A DNA stretch of 61,086 nucleotides from a virus (lineage: Duplodnaviria > Caudoviricetes). The stretch spans positions 1 to 61,086 of the IMG/VR virus record IMGVR_UViG_3300028837_001401; one strand, given 5' to 3'. Below, piece by piece: positions 39,305 to 49,282 of this stretch (position 1 is the stretch's first letter; every line of letters begins with the position of its first letter). Below the pieces are notes generated by a model. That model was not told the DNA's origin. It did no database searches and saw only the letters and a list, made by a program, of their open reading frames with translations. The translations under genes were made by a program, and so were the position numbers.

Positions 39305-39685
39305 GATAAGGAAACAAGGGTAATGGGAAAACTTCATAAAATACGAAAGGCATTCAACCGCCTCCCGGACAGAGAGAAACATAAACTCGCAGGATACAGT
39401 TCAGGAGTGTGGTTCTGGCCTAACGGTGAGGTGCGTCTGTGGGTCTTTACTGAGTCGTATCGTGGGTATGTGAGGAAACTAGCACAGGCCTGGCTTGACG
39501 AGCAGGGTCGTTCCGAATGGGAGTAGTATGGTGATGCGGGTGTGTTGCATATATGCGATCATTGTAAGAACGTGGCGATGCGCCCGAAGATGATCCTTGA
39601 AGACGGTCGGCAGTGGTACGACTGCCCTGAGTGTGGAAGGATATGGATCAGAGAGGACACGAGACGGATATACAGAGTGAGTATT

Positions 39686-39797
39686 TCGGGGGTGTAGCGC
39701 CATGCGATTCCGCCTGTGCCAAACTCCGAGTAGGGAGAGGGCGGTTCAAGCAGGGGTTGGCAATCCTGCAATAAAGCGGTTACTCCGTCACCCCCGA
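39686..39797 (+). ncRNA. putative structured, tRNA-like RNA
   Basis: 9-bp closing stem TCGGGGGTG/CACCCCCGA; internal stems CCGCC/GGCGG, GCAGG/CCTGC and GCGG-TTACT-CCGT. Confidence 0.4.
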
Positions 39798-40060
39798 TGT
39801 GCCCACTCTTGGTAAAGCTGCGATGGAGGTAAGGTATGTTTAGTTGGCAAATAAACAGAATGGCACGGTATAGGGATCGAATGAAGAGGATAAATGATCG
39901 CAGATACGGGGAGGATGCCAGTGTTAGTCCGGACGGGGAATATATGGGCCATTTTGGTAGTCGTGGAAGTAAGTCGCCTACAAACAAGACTGATCCGTTG
40001 AGTAAGATTTTCCGCGTTTTGGGGTGTAAAGAATAACGCCCCAGGATGCGTGTATTCTGG

Positions 40061-40138
40061 GGGTCAGTAGCTTAATTGGATCAGAGCAGCGGTCTCCAAA
40101 ACCGTGGGGTGTGGGTTCGACTCCCACCTGACTCGCCA
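40061..40138 (+). tRNA. tRNA-Trp(CCA)
   Basis: GGGTCAG/CTGACTC acceptor stem, loop CTCCAAA, GGTTCGACTCC, encoded CCA. Confidence 0.93.
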
Positions 40139-40150
40139 GAAGACAAGTAT

Positions 40151-40226
40151 TGCGGGGTGGGGCAGTTGGTAGCCCGCTGGATTCATACTCCAGAGGTCGG
40201 AGGTTCAAATCCTCCCCCCGCTACCA
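40151..40226 (+). tRNA. tRNA-Met(CAU), initiator-like 1:72 mismatch
   Basis: TGCGGGG/CCCCGCT acceptor stem, loop TTCATAC, GGTTCAAATCC, encoded CCA. Confidence 0.9.
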
Positions 40227-40262
40227 TTATCTGTGTGCGAAAGGACAGAAAAGGGATGTTGA

Positions 40263-41855
40263 ATGTCTGAGATATTGACTGACGAGCAGTTTGGCGAGTT
40301 CATAGAGGCGGAACTTGCCTCTGCTCGGTTGACTGACTACGATGATTATAACAATATGTATTTTGGGAATTTCGATGCTCTGGATCTGCCGGCACATATC
40401 GAAGACTGCTTAAAGGTGGATCTGGCGACAAAATACAATATGTGTAAACCTGTGGTTGACACGAAGGTGCAGTATATTTGTGGTGCGCCTTTGTCAATCG
40501 AGGTCAAGACGGAGAGCAATGAGGAATTTGAGCAGACGGGAACACTTCCAGGTCAGGATGAGCGAAGTCGTGTGGAGGAGTTCCTGTATGGTGTATATAG
40601 AAACAACGGTCTCCTGTATCGAAACATGATCAAAGCCATCCGTGTGATGGCAAAGAAGGGTGACGTATTTGTCCGGGTTTGGTTTGATGAAGCGCCAAAG
40701 AACGTGATGCAGCGACTCTTTCAGAAGTTTAGCAATATGTTCAGGAGTGCTGATGCCCAGCAGCGTGAGTTTACTGACAAGTTCCAGATCCGTGTATTGA
40801 AGCCCGATGACTGCTTCCCGCGATACGAGTCTGACGACTACGAGTCATTGCAGTTCTGCGCTTTCGTATATACCGACTTCGATGAGCTGGAAGGCGAGAC
40901 ACGATTCGCTCAGGTGTGGTATCCTGAGCTGTTCCAGCTATTTGTCGAGAGGACGAAAATAGGGGGAAAGGAAACAGCGGAGCAGACAGAGGATGACAAA
41001 TACTGGGAGAAGCTAGAGGAGGATGAGAATCCCTACGGTTTCATCCCAATTATTCATATCAAAAATGGGATAGATGACACGGAGTTTGGCACAAGCGACC
41101 TCCATGTGATGCAGGATCTTCAGTACCTACTCGTGAAGACCGCCACCGATATGTGGCTCACGATGGACTATACTGCCTTCCAGAGAGTATTCATAACAGG
41201 AGCGATGACAAAGAGTGGGACAAAGTATGATGTCTCTCCTGGAACGGTTGTCGAGTTACCTGACAAGGATGCGAAGGTGATCATGGTGGAGGGCGGAAGT
41301 GTCGAGGGCTTCCTTGCCGCCATAAAGGAGCTCAAGTCTGCCATCTGCGAGGTGACACAGACCCCGCAGATCGCATTAGGAACGATTGAGAGTGGTGTAC
41401 CGTCCGGGTACGCTCTGAAAATACACTATCAGCCACTCGAAAATAAATGTAATGAGACGAAGGCGCTCCTGCAGGACGCCTTCCAGAGGGTGAATTGGAT
41501 GTTGTTTGCCATTGCTGCCGAGAATGGTGCTCCTGAGATCGGATTCTGGGACACGGAGATCCGGTTCCAGTCAGGTATACCTACTGATGATAAGATGTTG
41601 ACCGAAACTCTGGAAAAGCAGATCAACATGGAGATCAAGTCGAGAACGACAGCGATGCAGGAGATCGGGATCGAAGACATCGCCGCCGAGAAGCGACTGA
41701 TCGAGGCGGATTCGGAAGACATCTATGGTGGTGTGGAAGGTGACAGGGTGTTGGCAGAAGCTGAGGCACTCACGAGACAATTAGAGGAAGGCGGTATGCT
41801 GGAGGGTCTGATCGGCACGCCGAGACCAGAGGAAGTGGAGACGGAGACTGAGTAG
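40263..41855 (+). CDS. portal protein (SPP1 gp6-like)
   Basis: NMCKPVVD, ENPYGFIPIIH, SGYALK; position after terminase. Confidence 0.88.
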   Translation: MSEILTDEQFGEFIEAELASARLTDYDDYNNMYFGNFDALDLPAHIEDCLKVDLATKYNMCKPVVDTKVQYICGAPLSIEVKTESNEEFEQTGTLPGQDERSRVEEFLYGVYRNNGLLYRNMIKAIRVMAKKGDVFVRVWFDEAPKNVMQRLFQKFSNMFRSADAQQREFTDKFQIRVLKPDDCFPRYESDDYESLQFCAFVYTDFDELEGETRFAQVWYPELFQLFVERTKIGGKETAEQTEDDKYWEKLEEDENPYGFIPIIHIKNGIDDTEFGTSDLHVMQDLQYLLVKTATDMWLTMDYTAFQRVFITGAMTKSGTKYDVSPGTVVELPDKDAKVIMVEGGSVEGFLAAIKELKSAICEVTQTPQIALGTIESGVPSGYALKIHYQPLENKCNETKALLQDAFQRVNWMLFAIAAENGAPEIGFWDTEIRFQSGIPTDDKMLTETLEKQINMEIKSRTTAMQEIGIEDIAAEKRLIEADSEDIYGGVEGDRVLAEAEALTRQLEEGGMLEGLIGTPRPEEVETETE

Positions 41856-43579
41856 TGAAGATATACCGACAGTGGGATCAGCATACTCTGTGGCACGGAT
41901 ACTGTCACAACACAATGTCAGAGATGGCAGATGACAGTAATGACTTGATTGTCACAGACCCGCCTTACGGGATCGGCTTCATGGGTAAGGACTGGGATAA
42001 GGCTCTCCCGCCGGTGGATGACTGGAGGGAATGTTTCCGTGTTCTGAAGCCCGGATCTTTCATGTTTGTGATGTGTATTCCACGGATGGACTGTCAAGCT
42101 CGGATGGTGATGAATCTGTCAGCGGCGGGATTCGATGTCTCCTTTACGCCAATATACTGGACTTTTGCGACGGGCTTCCCGAAGGCGATGAATGTGTCGA
42201 AGAAGCTGGATGAAAGGCTTGGCATGGAGAGGGAAGTTATTGAGGAACGATACAAAGGAAAGCATGAAGGTGGGTCATCATATCAATGGTCACAGATGGA
42301 TAATGAAAGTGGATATGCGCCAATCACCCTCCCAGTCTCCCCAGAAGCCCAGTCCCTCGATGGCGCTTACTCAGGCTTCCAGCCGAAGCCTGCTGTTGAA
42401 GTTATCCTGGTGTGTCAGAAGCCGTTCACGGTGAGGCACAGGCGGTCGGATGTATACAGGATACTGGAGGGAAAGTATGATTACTGGTATACGCAGAGGA
42501 AAAGTGTAATCGAGCCGAAGGAAGGCAGACAGGGGAATATAGACAAACTGAGCGAGAAGTGGGCGAAGGAACTGGAGCAGGTGGGTTATTCCCTGAAGGA
42601 TGGCGATGTTATCGAACGGAGGCTGGCACTCAGGGAGGGTCTCCAGGATGAGGTGATCGTCAACAGGTCGCAGGTTCTGTGGTCTCGACCATATAAGGAT
42701 ACAGACATCACGAGTTCGGTTACTCATGCTCTGGATACGGGACGCGGGGTGACGTGGCTTGAGGATTGCAAAATTCCCGCTAATGGAGAAAAGACAGGTG
42801 GCGATGGGTATTGGGGGATGTCACAAGCGAAAGGCTGGAATGCCAACAACGTGCCTTATAAAAGAGATGATATGGTACAGAGAACTAACAACGGCCGCTT
42901 TCCCGCCAACCTCCTGGTTTCAGACGATGTGCTTAATGATGGGGTGGAGAGGCAATCTGGGGGAAGAAGTGGTTTAATTAAAAGTCAATGGTTAGCCCAA
43001 TGTCGGGCAGGTGAGGAAGTTCCAATACTAAATCCATCAGCAGCAAGTTCAGGATCATTCTCTCGCTATTTCTCTCTTGACAAATGGGCACAGGAGCACC
43101 TCCCCGATTCAGTTTTGAGGACGTTCCCATTCCTGATCGTTCCGAAGCCGAGCAAGCGTGAGAAAAATGCCGGGCTGGACGGTCTGGAAGATAAGCAGAT
43201 GTATAACTGTGACGGATCGTGGGGGTCGTTAGAGATATTCGGCACGACTGATGGTGGAAGGAAGCCAAGAAAGAATAACCATCCGACGTGTAAGCCAGTG
43301 ACTTTGATGAGTTATCTGATAGAGATGGGTAGCAGGCCTGGTGACGTGGTATATGATCCATATATGGGTTCCGGGTCAACGGGAGTTGCGTGTGTCCACA
43401 CAGGTCGGTCGTTTCGTGGGTCGGATATAGATGAGGAATACTGTGAAATAAGTGCTCTCAGGATGATGCACGCCATGGGCGAGATGACAGACGAAGAGGC
43501 GGTCTCCAAACTGACGAGAGCCATGGTGGGTGCGTTTATTGAGACTCAGGAGCAACTGGAATTGAGCTATAATGAATAA
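41855..43579 (+). CDS. DNA methyltransferase (N4/N6 family, beta arrangement)
   Basis: IVTDPPYG, GFPKA, GRFPANL, HPTCKP, VYDPYMGSGSTG. Confidence 0.92.
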   Translation: MKIYRQWDQHTLWHGYCHNTMSEMADDSNDLIVTDPPYGIGFMGKDWDKALPPVDDWRECFRVLKPGSFMFVMCIPRMDCQARMVMNLSAAGFDVSFTPIYWTFATGFPKAMNVSKKLDERLGMEREVIEERYKGKHEGGSSYQWSQMDNESGYAPITLPVSPEAQSLDGAYSGFQPKPAVEVILVCQKPFTVRHRRSDVYRILEGKYDYWYTQRKSVIEPKEGRQGNIDKLSEKWAKELEQVGYSLKDGDVIERRLALREGLQDEVIVNRSQVLWSRPYKDTDITSSVTHALDTGRGVTWLEDCKIPANGEKTGGDGYWGMSQAKGWNANNVPYKRDDMVQRTNNGRFPANLLVSDDVLNDGVERQSGGRSGLIKSQWLAQCRAGEEVPILNPSAASSGSFSRYFSLDKWAQEHLPDSVLRTFPFLIVPKPSKREKNAGLDGLEDKQMYNCDGSWGSLEIFGTTDGGRKPRKNNHPTCKPVTLMSYLIEMGSRPGDVVYDPYMGSGSTGVACVHTGRSFRGSDIDEEYCEISALRMMHAMGEMTDEEAVSKLTRAMVGAFIETQEQLELSYNE

Positions 43580-44504
43580 ATATGTCGTATACTTACTAGC
43601 CGCCCGGGTGAGGGAATTGACCTTGCTCCAGAGTCAACAGGTGGTGATGGATCAGCTTCTCCTGGAGGCACATGAAGAGATCAGCCTGTATTTATCGAGA
43701 GCGGCACACGATATGGATTCACACATCAGGGTTGCGAAGATGATAGAGGTTCAGGCGCAGATCGAGGGAATGATGGATGGTGTGATCAATCAGATCCGTG
43801 ACGATATGATGAAGAACCTGACAATCTCCGCCAAGTATGCTGCTGATGGACGGGTTCTGGCAGGTCGAGCGTTCCTGAACGACGTAATGCCAGAGATGAG
43901 CGATATGGCGATGAGGATCTTTGCGACAGTGCCCGCCGATGCGGTCAGGGCAGCGGTGTCACGTTTAGTGCAGGCGAAGACGTTATCAGACAGGATATGG
44001 GATCTGAGGAAGTTCACACAGGACGCCATAGCGAAGACTGTGGCAAAGGGAATAATACAGGGAAAGTCAGCATACAGGCTCTCTAAGGAACTGGAGGGCT
44101 TTCTGAAGTTACGAGGTAAGGCATACAAAACATTCGATCAGAGGATGTCCAGTCTGTATAGCCCCTCATGGAAACAAGCGTGGAGAAAGAAAGGGAGTCT
44201 CTCATATAACGCCTATAGGCTAGCGAGGACAGAGATCAACCATGCGTTCCGAGAGGCTTCCATACTATCAGCAGAGCGGGCGCCGTGGGTAGATGGTGTG
44301 AAGTGGAATCTTAGCGCATCGCACCCGAAGCCCGATATTTGTGATGACTGGGCGACACAAGACATTGACGGTCTGGGGTCGGGGTGCTACTTACCGAGAA
44401 ACGCTCCTGTAGATCACCCGAATGGATTATGTTTTTTAACAGATGTGTTAGCCCCTCCGGAGGTAGCGCATCAGAGGATAATGGAATATGCGATGGCCGC
44501 CTGA
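43572..44504 (+). CDS. minor head / head morphogenesis protein
   Basis: LSDRIW, RLARTEIN, WNLS.SH...DICD, HPNGLC. Confidence 0.82.
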   Translation: MNKYVVYLLAARVRELTLLQSQQVVMDQLLLEAHEEISLYLSRAAHDMDSHIRVAKMIEVQAQIEGMMDGVINQIRDDMMKNLTISAKYAADGRVLAGRAFLNDVMPEMSDMAMRIFATVPADAVRAAVSRLVQAKTLSDRIWDLRKFTQDAIAKTVAKGIIQGKSAYRLSKELEGFLKLRGKAYKTFDQRMSSLYSPSWKQAWRKKGSLSYNAYRLARTEINHAFREASILSAERAPWVDGVKWNLSASHPKPDICDDWATQDIDGLGSGCYLPRNAPVDHPNGLCFLTDVLAPPEVAHQRIMEYAMAA

Positions 44505-44519
44505 TGGTGGTTATTTTAT

Positions 44520-44552
44520 TTGACATATATGCTTACTTACAGACTAAGTAAA
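44520..44552 (+). promoter_or_regulatory. TTGACA followed by 21-bp palindrome copy 4, upstream of the scaffold/capsid genes
   Basis: TTGACA 44520-44525; CTTACTTA CAGAC TAAGTAAA 44532-44552; AAGGAG RBS follows. Confidence 0.75.
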
Positions 44553-44563
44553 AGGAGATAAAG

Positions 44564-45517
44564 ATGGCAAAGCCTGAAGGCGACACGCCAGTGACAAAGA
44601 TACTTAAAAGAGTGGTCAAGAGAGATGGGGGTCAGGATGATCCTGCCCCTGTGGAGACGGAAACTGAGGATGTGCCTGAGACGGATGAACCTGATCAGGA
44701 TGTTGATGAGACAGAAGACGCCGAGCCTGATGTGGAAACAGAGGATGTCTCTGATGAGGACTCCGAAGATGACCCAGCCGGTGAGGCGATAGATGCCGAG
44801 GTGGATAAGCCTGACGATGAGGATGAGAGTGAGGGTGACGCTGACGAAACGCAGACACAAACCTACTCTCCGGAATACGTGAAGAAGTTGCGGGAGGAGG
44901 CCAAGAGACGCCGTCTGGAGGCGACGAAGGCAAAAGACAAACTCGCTGAGCTTGAGTCGAAGCAAAAAGAGGCGAGGAAAAAAGCCGAACGGGCGAAGAT
45001 GGATGAGGTCTCTCGGTTACAGGCAGAACTCAAGGAAAAGGATGAGCAACTGGAGGTTCTGGAACTGGGCATCACACAGGTGGCGAAAGAGAATGCTGTC
45101 ATCACTAAAGCAACACAGATGGGGTTCAGGAACGCCAAAGATGCCGTGATTCTGTTGAGCAATGTAATGGACGATCTGGAACTGTCAGAGGACGGTGAGG
45201 TTGATCCGATAGAGCTTGAGGAAGCATTATCGAACTTAGCCGTGGAGCGCCCATACCTCATCGAAGACAAACCTAAGGCGGTCGTGAGTAAGAAAGTGGT
45301 AGTTTCGGCTGATCGAAAAGGGGAGGACTCCAAACGGAAGGCCTCAAGTTCGAGAAAGTCGAAAGATAAGGAAATTGACGATCAACTTACAAAGGAAATA
45401 ATTGAGGCTAATGCCAAAGGAGACGGACACACTGCGTTTGCGAAAACGTGGGAGCGCCGGCTCCGGAGGGCGGGGAAGTTCGGAAACCCCATCTGGCAAG
45501 GCCGCAAGATAACATAA
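44564..45517 (+). CDS. capsid scaffolding protein
   Basis: acidic N-terminus, YVKKLREEA coiled coil, RPYL; precedes major capsid gene. Confidence 0.82.
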   Translation: MAKPEGDTPVTKILKRVVKRDGGQDDPAPVETETEDVPETDEPDQDVDETEDAEPDVETEDVSDEDSEDDPAGEAIDAEVDKPDDEDESEGDADETQTQTYSPEYVKKLREEAKRRRLEATKAKDKLAELESKQKEARKKAERAKMDEVSRLQAELKEKDEQLEVLELGITQVAKENAVITKATQMGFRNAKDAVILLSNVMDDLELSEDGEVDPIELEEALSNLAVERPYLIEDKPKAVVSKKVVVSADRKGEDSKRKASSSRKSKDKEIDDQLTKEIIEANAKGDGHTAFAKTWERRLRRAGKFGNPIWQGRKIT

Positions 45518-45534
45518 ATGGAGTGAGAGTATAA

Positions 45535-46656
45535 ATGGCGATTGCAGGTCTGGCACGCACGTATGATCAAAGTACAGCGGCAAGGGAGGATCTCGAAGAC
45601 ACAATAGCGATGATCAGCCCGACTGATACACCGTTGTTCGCTCTGATGAACCGTGCGCCAGTAAGTAATATCAAACACGAATGGCTCGAAGACGCTCTGC
45701 GTGGTATGAACGACACACTGTCTGCCGCTATGGCGAGCGATGGCGGTAGTGTTACGATGTTTGTCAACAACGGAGCTGCCCGGTGGCCGATTGCATCGAA
45801 CTTCCCGATCCTTCTAAGGATCGATGAGGAGATAATGCTGGCTACAGCGAGAACGGGTAGCAATGTCACAGTTACGAGAGACTATAACAGCACAGGAACA
45901 GCGGCTCACTCAAGTTCTGCCCGGGTTGAGATTATATCCGACAAAGGACTTGAAGGAGCAGACGCCCGGTCGGCGTTTGCACAGACCCGCACACGACCGT
46001 ATAACGCAAGTGAAATATTCGATGCGACAATACAGGTCTCCGGGTCGGAGCAGGCGACGATCCTGGCGGGTATATCTGGAACTGAGGCGGACTACCAAGC
46101 CGAGCAGCGTCTCAAAGAGATGAAGATTCAGCTTGAGAAAGCCATCATTACAGGAACGCTTGTCGATGGAACAACAACCACCTACAGGTCGATGGGTGGA
46201 TTGTGGCATTTCATCAGCACGAACAAAGCTAACGCCGTTGGGGCAGCCATAACTGGTGACGATATCGAAGCGGATGCCAGGGCATGTTTTGACGCCGGCG
46301 GAAATCCGTCGGTGATAATGTGCAACAGTTACCTTGCCGAGCGGATAACGCACATCTATAACGACAGGATCAGGTCTGAGCCCGAGACGATTCTCGGCGG
46401 TGCCCAGATTCAGCGTATCCGACTGCCTGTGGCAGGCATGGGTGAATTGGCGATAATTGTCAATAGATGGTGTCCGCCTTATGAATATTATATCCTGTCA
46501 ATGGATAAGATATTCCTGGGTCGGTTCAGACCGTTTTTCTTCCAGGATCTTGCGCTGACTGGTGACGCTGTGAAGTCACAGATCATCGGTGAGTATACGC
46601 TGATCGTGAAAAACGAGAAGGCACATGCCCGCAGGTACGGACTAGCGCTTAGCTAA
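45535..46656 (+). CDS. major capsid protein (DUF5309/SU10-like)
   Basis: REDLED.IAMISPTDTP, HEWLED, RSMGGL, LALTGD...IGEYTL. Confidence 0.88.
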   Translation: MAIAGLARTYDQSTAAREDLEDTIAMISPTDTPLFALMNRAPVSNIKHEWLEDALRGMNDTLSAAMASDGGSVTMFVNNGAARWPIASNFPILLRIDEEIMLATARTGSNVTVTRDYNSTGTAAHSSSARVEIISDKGLEGADARSAFAQTRTRPYNASEIFDATIQVSGSEQATILAGISGTEADYQAEQRLKEMKIQLEKAIITGTLVDGTTTTYRSMGGLWHFISTNKANAVGAAITGDDIEADARACFDAGGNPSVIMCNSYLAERITHIYNDRIRSEPETILGGAQIQRIRLPVAGMGELAIIVNRWCPPYEYYILSMDKIFLGRFRPFFFQDLALTGDAVKSQIIGEYTLIVKNEKAHARRYGLALS

Positions 46657-46672
46657 ACGTAAACTCTAAACT

Positions 46673-46700
46673 GGGGTAGCGTTTAGCTGCCCCTCCTTTC
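46673..46700 (+). terminator. hairpin after the capsid gene (weak terminator or stabiliser)
   Basis: GGGGTAGC-GTTTA-GCTGCCCC then TCCTTTC. Confidence 0.5.
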
Positions 46701-46716
46701 AGGAGGGTGATATTGA

Positions 46717-47109
46717 ATGGGTAATTACGGATCGAGTTTCTGCCCCAGGTTGAATAGGCTCGGTGTGACGAGTCAGCTTATAGTGACTGGGGTAATTGGC
46801 ACACGACATCTGGCGGCTGGTGCTGTCACTAATGCAAAAGTTCCCGACGGTGGGCTTACCCTGGGTACTGCAAAATCAGGGTCAACGTGTGGTAAGTTGG
46901 ATGCGGCGTATGTGGAATTCAGCACAGCCGCCAGCAATACACAGGTTACTGTGGCTCATGGACTCGGTAGAGCCCCCGTGGGTATGGAAGTTGTGATGCA
47001 GGACAAACCGGGTGTGCTCTATAGAGGTACAGCGGCCGCTTTCACAGCGACAAATATGTGGGTAAAGACAAACATGGGAACGGTTGTCTTTACACTCAGA
47101 GTATTCTAA
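46717..47109 (+). CDS. probable capsid decoration / head fibre protein
   Basis: Gly/Thr/Ala-rich, LAAGAVTNAK, VAHGLGRAP; follows the capsid gene. Confidence 0.55.
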   Translation: MGNYGSSFCPRLNRLGVTSQLIVTGVIGTRHLAAGAVTNAKVPDGGLTLGTAKSGSTCGKLDAAYVEFSTAASNTQVTVAHGLGRAPVGMEVVMQDKPGVLYRGTAAAFTATNMWVKTNMGTVVFTLRVF

Positions 47110-47135
47110 TAATCCACCCACAAGGTGGATGATAA

Positions 47136-47180
47136 GGCCGCCTCTTTCCCGAACATGGAGAGAGGCGGTCGCTTTATTTC
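47136..47180 (+). terminator. terminator-like hairpin between the head gene and maf
   Basis: GGCCGCCTCTTTCC-CGAACAT-GGAGAGAGGCGGTC then GCTTTATTTC. Confidence 0.6.
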
Positions 47181-47193
47181 AGGGAGACGATGT

Positions 47194-48636
47194 ATGAATG
47201 CAGACAACGAGCAAATGATGCAAATGATTTCCAGAAACACTGTCCGAGCGAGAATTATGGACTGGATAGACAACTTCAAGGCAAACTTACCGAGGGTGCA
47301 TGGGGGTTACGGGATCGCCTCGATGCTTGCCTGTTTTGGAGGCAAAGTACCCTGCATAATAGTTGGGAGCGGCCCGACTCTGGACTGGAACATAAAGGAT
47401 CTCAAGGATGTAGGCAACAGGGCGTGCATCCTGTGTTGTGACAGTGCTACCAAGGCGCTTCTGAAGGAAGGCATCCGCCCGCATATAGTTGTAACAACGG
47501 ACTCAAAAGGGCGTGTAGCGGACTTCATTGACGGGTGTGATGGTCTCAATTTCGTGGTTGACACGTTTGTTCATCCACGGACTATCGAAGCGATAGAGAA
47601 GAACGAGAACAGCAGGGTCTACTTCTACAACACGATGGATGTGGAGATGTGTCCATTCACATCGCATTTGAATGACAAGACGGGCTTTATCGGCAATCTA
47701 GGGACAGGTGGGTGTGTGGCAACGACCGCATGGTTCTTAGCGGTCGCTTTCTTAACAGCGGAGCCTGACATCCTTGTGGGTCTTCCGGAGAGTTTCTACG
47801 ATCCTGGGAGGATGTATGCCACTGTTGTGGAGAACACTGTCAGCACAGAGCCATACCAGACTATTCCAGACATGGTGGAGGACATCCACGGCAGGACGTG
47901 TTACACGTATCCTGCACTGTTATCCTTCGCTCACTGGTTTCATGACTCTTTCAAGAGAATTCCGACAGTGCATATCAACGCATCGGAGGGCGGCATACTG
48001 AAAGATCATATACTCAACATGCCACTCCGGCATGTTGTTGACAAGTATTTGACAAAAGAATATGACATCGAGGGGATGCTCTTTGCGAAGGAAATACAAG
48101 CGCAGGGGATCATTGACAGGGTTCTAGCAAGTCAGCCTGCGGGTGTGGATCTGCCTTTCGATATTCAAGCCGAAAAGCCACTGATGACAATTTTACTGGA
48201 CGGGCCGTCACTGATGAACCTCGCTCTCCGGATGGGATCTGAGGTAAATGAGGTCAAGAATCGGGTAGAGCGACTGCGTGGTCTGGGTTTGAATATAGAT
48301 GAAGGTGTTACTCAGCAAGGGACTGAGGATGGGGTAGTAAACGTACCGACGTTCCAGCTTATTGGGTTACAGGGTGATATTGAGCAGCCCAATGAGCGAG
48401 AGGTCATCGAGGTAACACTTCCGTCAGCACAGGTCGGTCAGGTTGGTCAGGAGACGACTCAACTGGTGGGAGCGAAGCCAGTAGATCAGGAGACTGAGGT
48501 AGCTGAACCAGATGACAATCGGGTTCAGATCAACACAGTGCTTAGGGAAGTCATAGGAGCGAGAAATAATGTCGAAGAGGAGAAAAGCTCTTGCAGTGAT
48601 ATGTGCGAGGGCGGGCAGCAAGGGTCTGAAGGATAA
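47194..48636 (+). CDS. Maf (MAF_flag10/DUF115) family putative nonulosonic-acid transferase
   Basis: CIIVGSGPTLDWNI..L, CCDSA..ALL..GIRPHIVVTTD, GGCVAT, ILVG, INASEGG. Confidence 0.8.
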   Translation: MNADNEQMMQMISRNTVRARIMDWIDNFKANLPRVHGGYGIASMLACFGGKVPCIIVGSGPTLDWNIKDLKDVGNRACILCCDSATKALLKEGIRPHIVVTTDSKGRVADFIDGCDGLNFVVDTFVHPRTIEAIEKNENSRVYFYNTMDVEMCPFTSHLNDKTGFIGNLGTGGCVATTAWFLAVAFLTAEPDILVGLPESFYDPGRMYATVVENTVSTEPYQTIPDMVEDIHGRTCYTYPALLSFAHWFHDSFKRIPTVHINASEGGILKDHILNMPLRHVVDKYLTKEYDIEGMLFAKEIQAQGIIDRVLASQPAGVDLPFDIQAEKPLMTILLDGPSLMNLALRMGSEVNEVKNRVERLRGLGLNIDEGVTQQGTEDGVVNVPTFQLIGLQGDIEQPNEREVIEVTLPSAQVGQVGQETTQLVGAKPVDQETEVAEPDDNRVQINTVLREVIGARNNVEEEKSSCSDMCEGGQQGSEG

Positions 48637-49282
48637 GAACTTTGCGAAGGTGCAGGACAAGCCACTGATCTGGTATTCATGCAACGCCGCTCTATCGGCG
48701 AAAAGTCTCTCCAGGACACTGGTGTCGAGTGACAGTGATGTCATACTGTCACTCGCCGCCGAGTATGGTGTGGAAACCCTGAAGCGACCCGATCAGTATG
48801 CGACTGACACGTCTCGTATCGAGGAGGCGATGATCCATGCTCTCGAATTCGCTGAGAGCGATGGTGAGCGATATGACTTGGTTGCCTTACTACAGAACTC
48901 CAGTCCAATGAGGATCGGGCAGGACATTGATGGTGCGGTGGCTCAGATGGGTGCGTGTTGGGATGAAGCCGACTCGGTAATGTCTGTGAACACGGTGATC
49001 GGCAGTCACCCTCTGAAGATGAAGAAAATCACTGATGGGGGTCTCCTGGTGCCGTTCATTGACAACCATGGTCTTTACAGGCGACAGGACTACCCGCCTG
49101 TGTTTGAAGAAAATGGTTGTGTGTATGTGGTCAAGAGATCATATCTGTTGGAACACCACAGGGTAATCGCTGAGAGATGTGTACCGTATTTCATCGACCC
49201 TGTCAGGTCGTTTGATGTGCATGACGATAACGACTTGATTGTTGTAGAGGCACTCATGAAAAAAAGGGGTGTGGGATTATAG
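48569..49282 (+). CDS. neuA: CMP-nonulosonic acid synthetase (acylneuraminate cytidylyltransferase)
   Basis: ICARAGSKGLKDKN, VSSD, LQNSSPMR, RRQD, ENGCVY, SFDVHD. Confidence 0.92.
   Translation: MSKRRKALAVICARAGSKGLKDKNFAKVQDKPLIWYSCNAALSAKSLSRTLVSSDSDVILSLAAEYGVETLKRPDQYATDTSRIEEAMIHALEFAESDGERYDLVALLQNSSPMRIGQDIDGAVAQMGACWDEADSVMSVNTVIGSHPLKMKKITDGGLLVPFIDNHGLYRRQDYPPVFEENGCVYVVKRSYLLEHHRVIAERCVPYFIDPVRSFDVHDDNDLIVVEALMKKRGVGL

Noticed and set aside
37062-43579. Inteins in terminase or methyltransferase
   Set aside because: The inserted segments lack the N-terminal Cys/Ser block and C-terminal His-Asn
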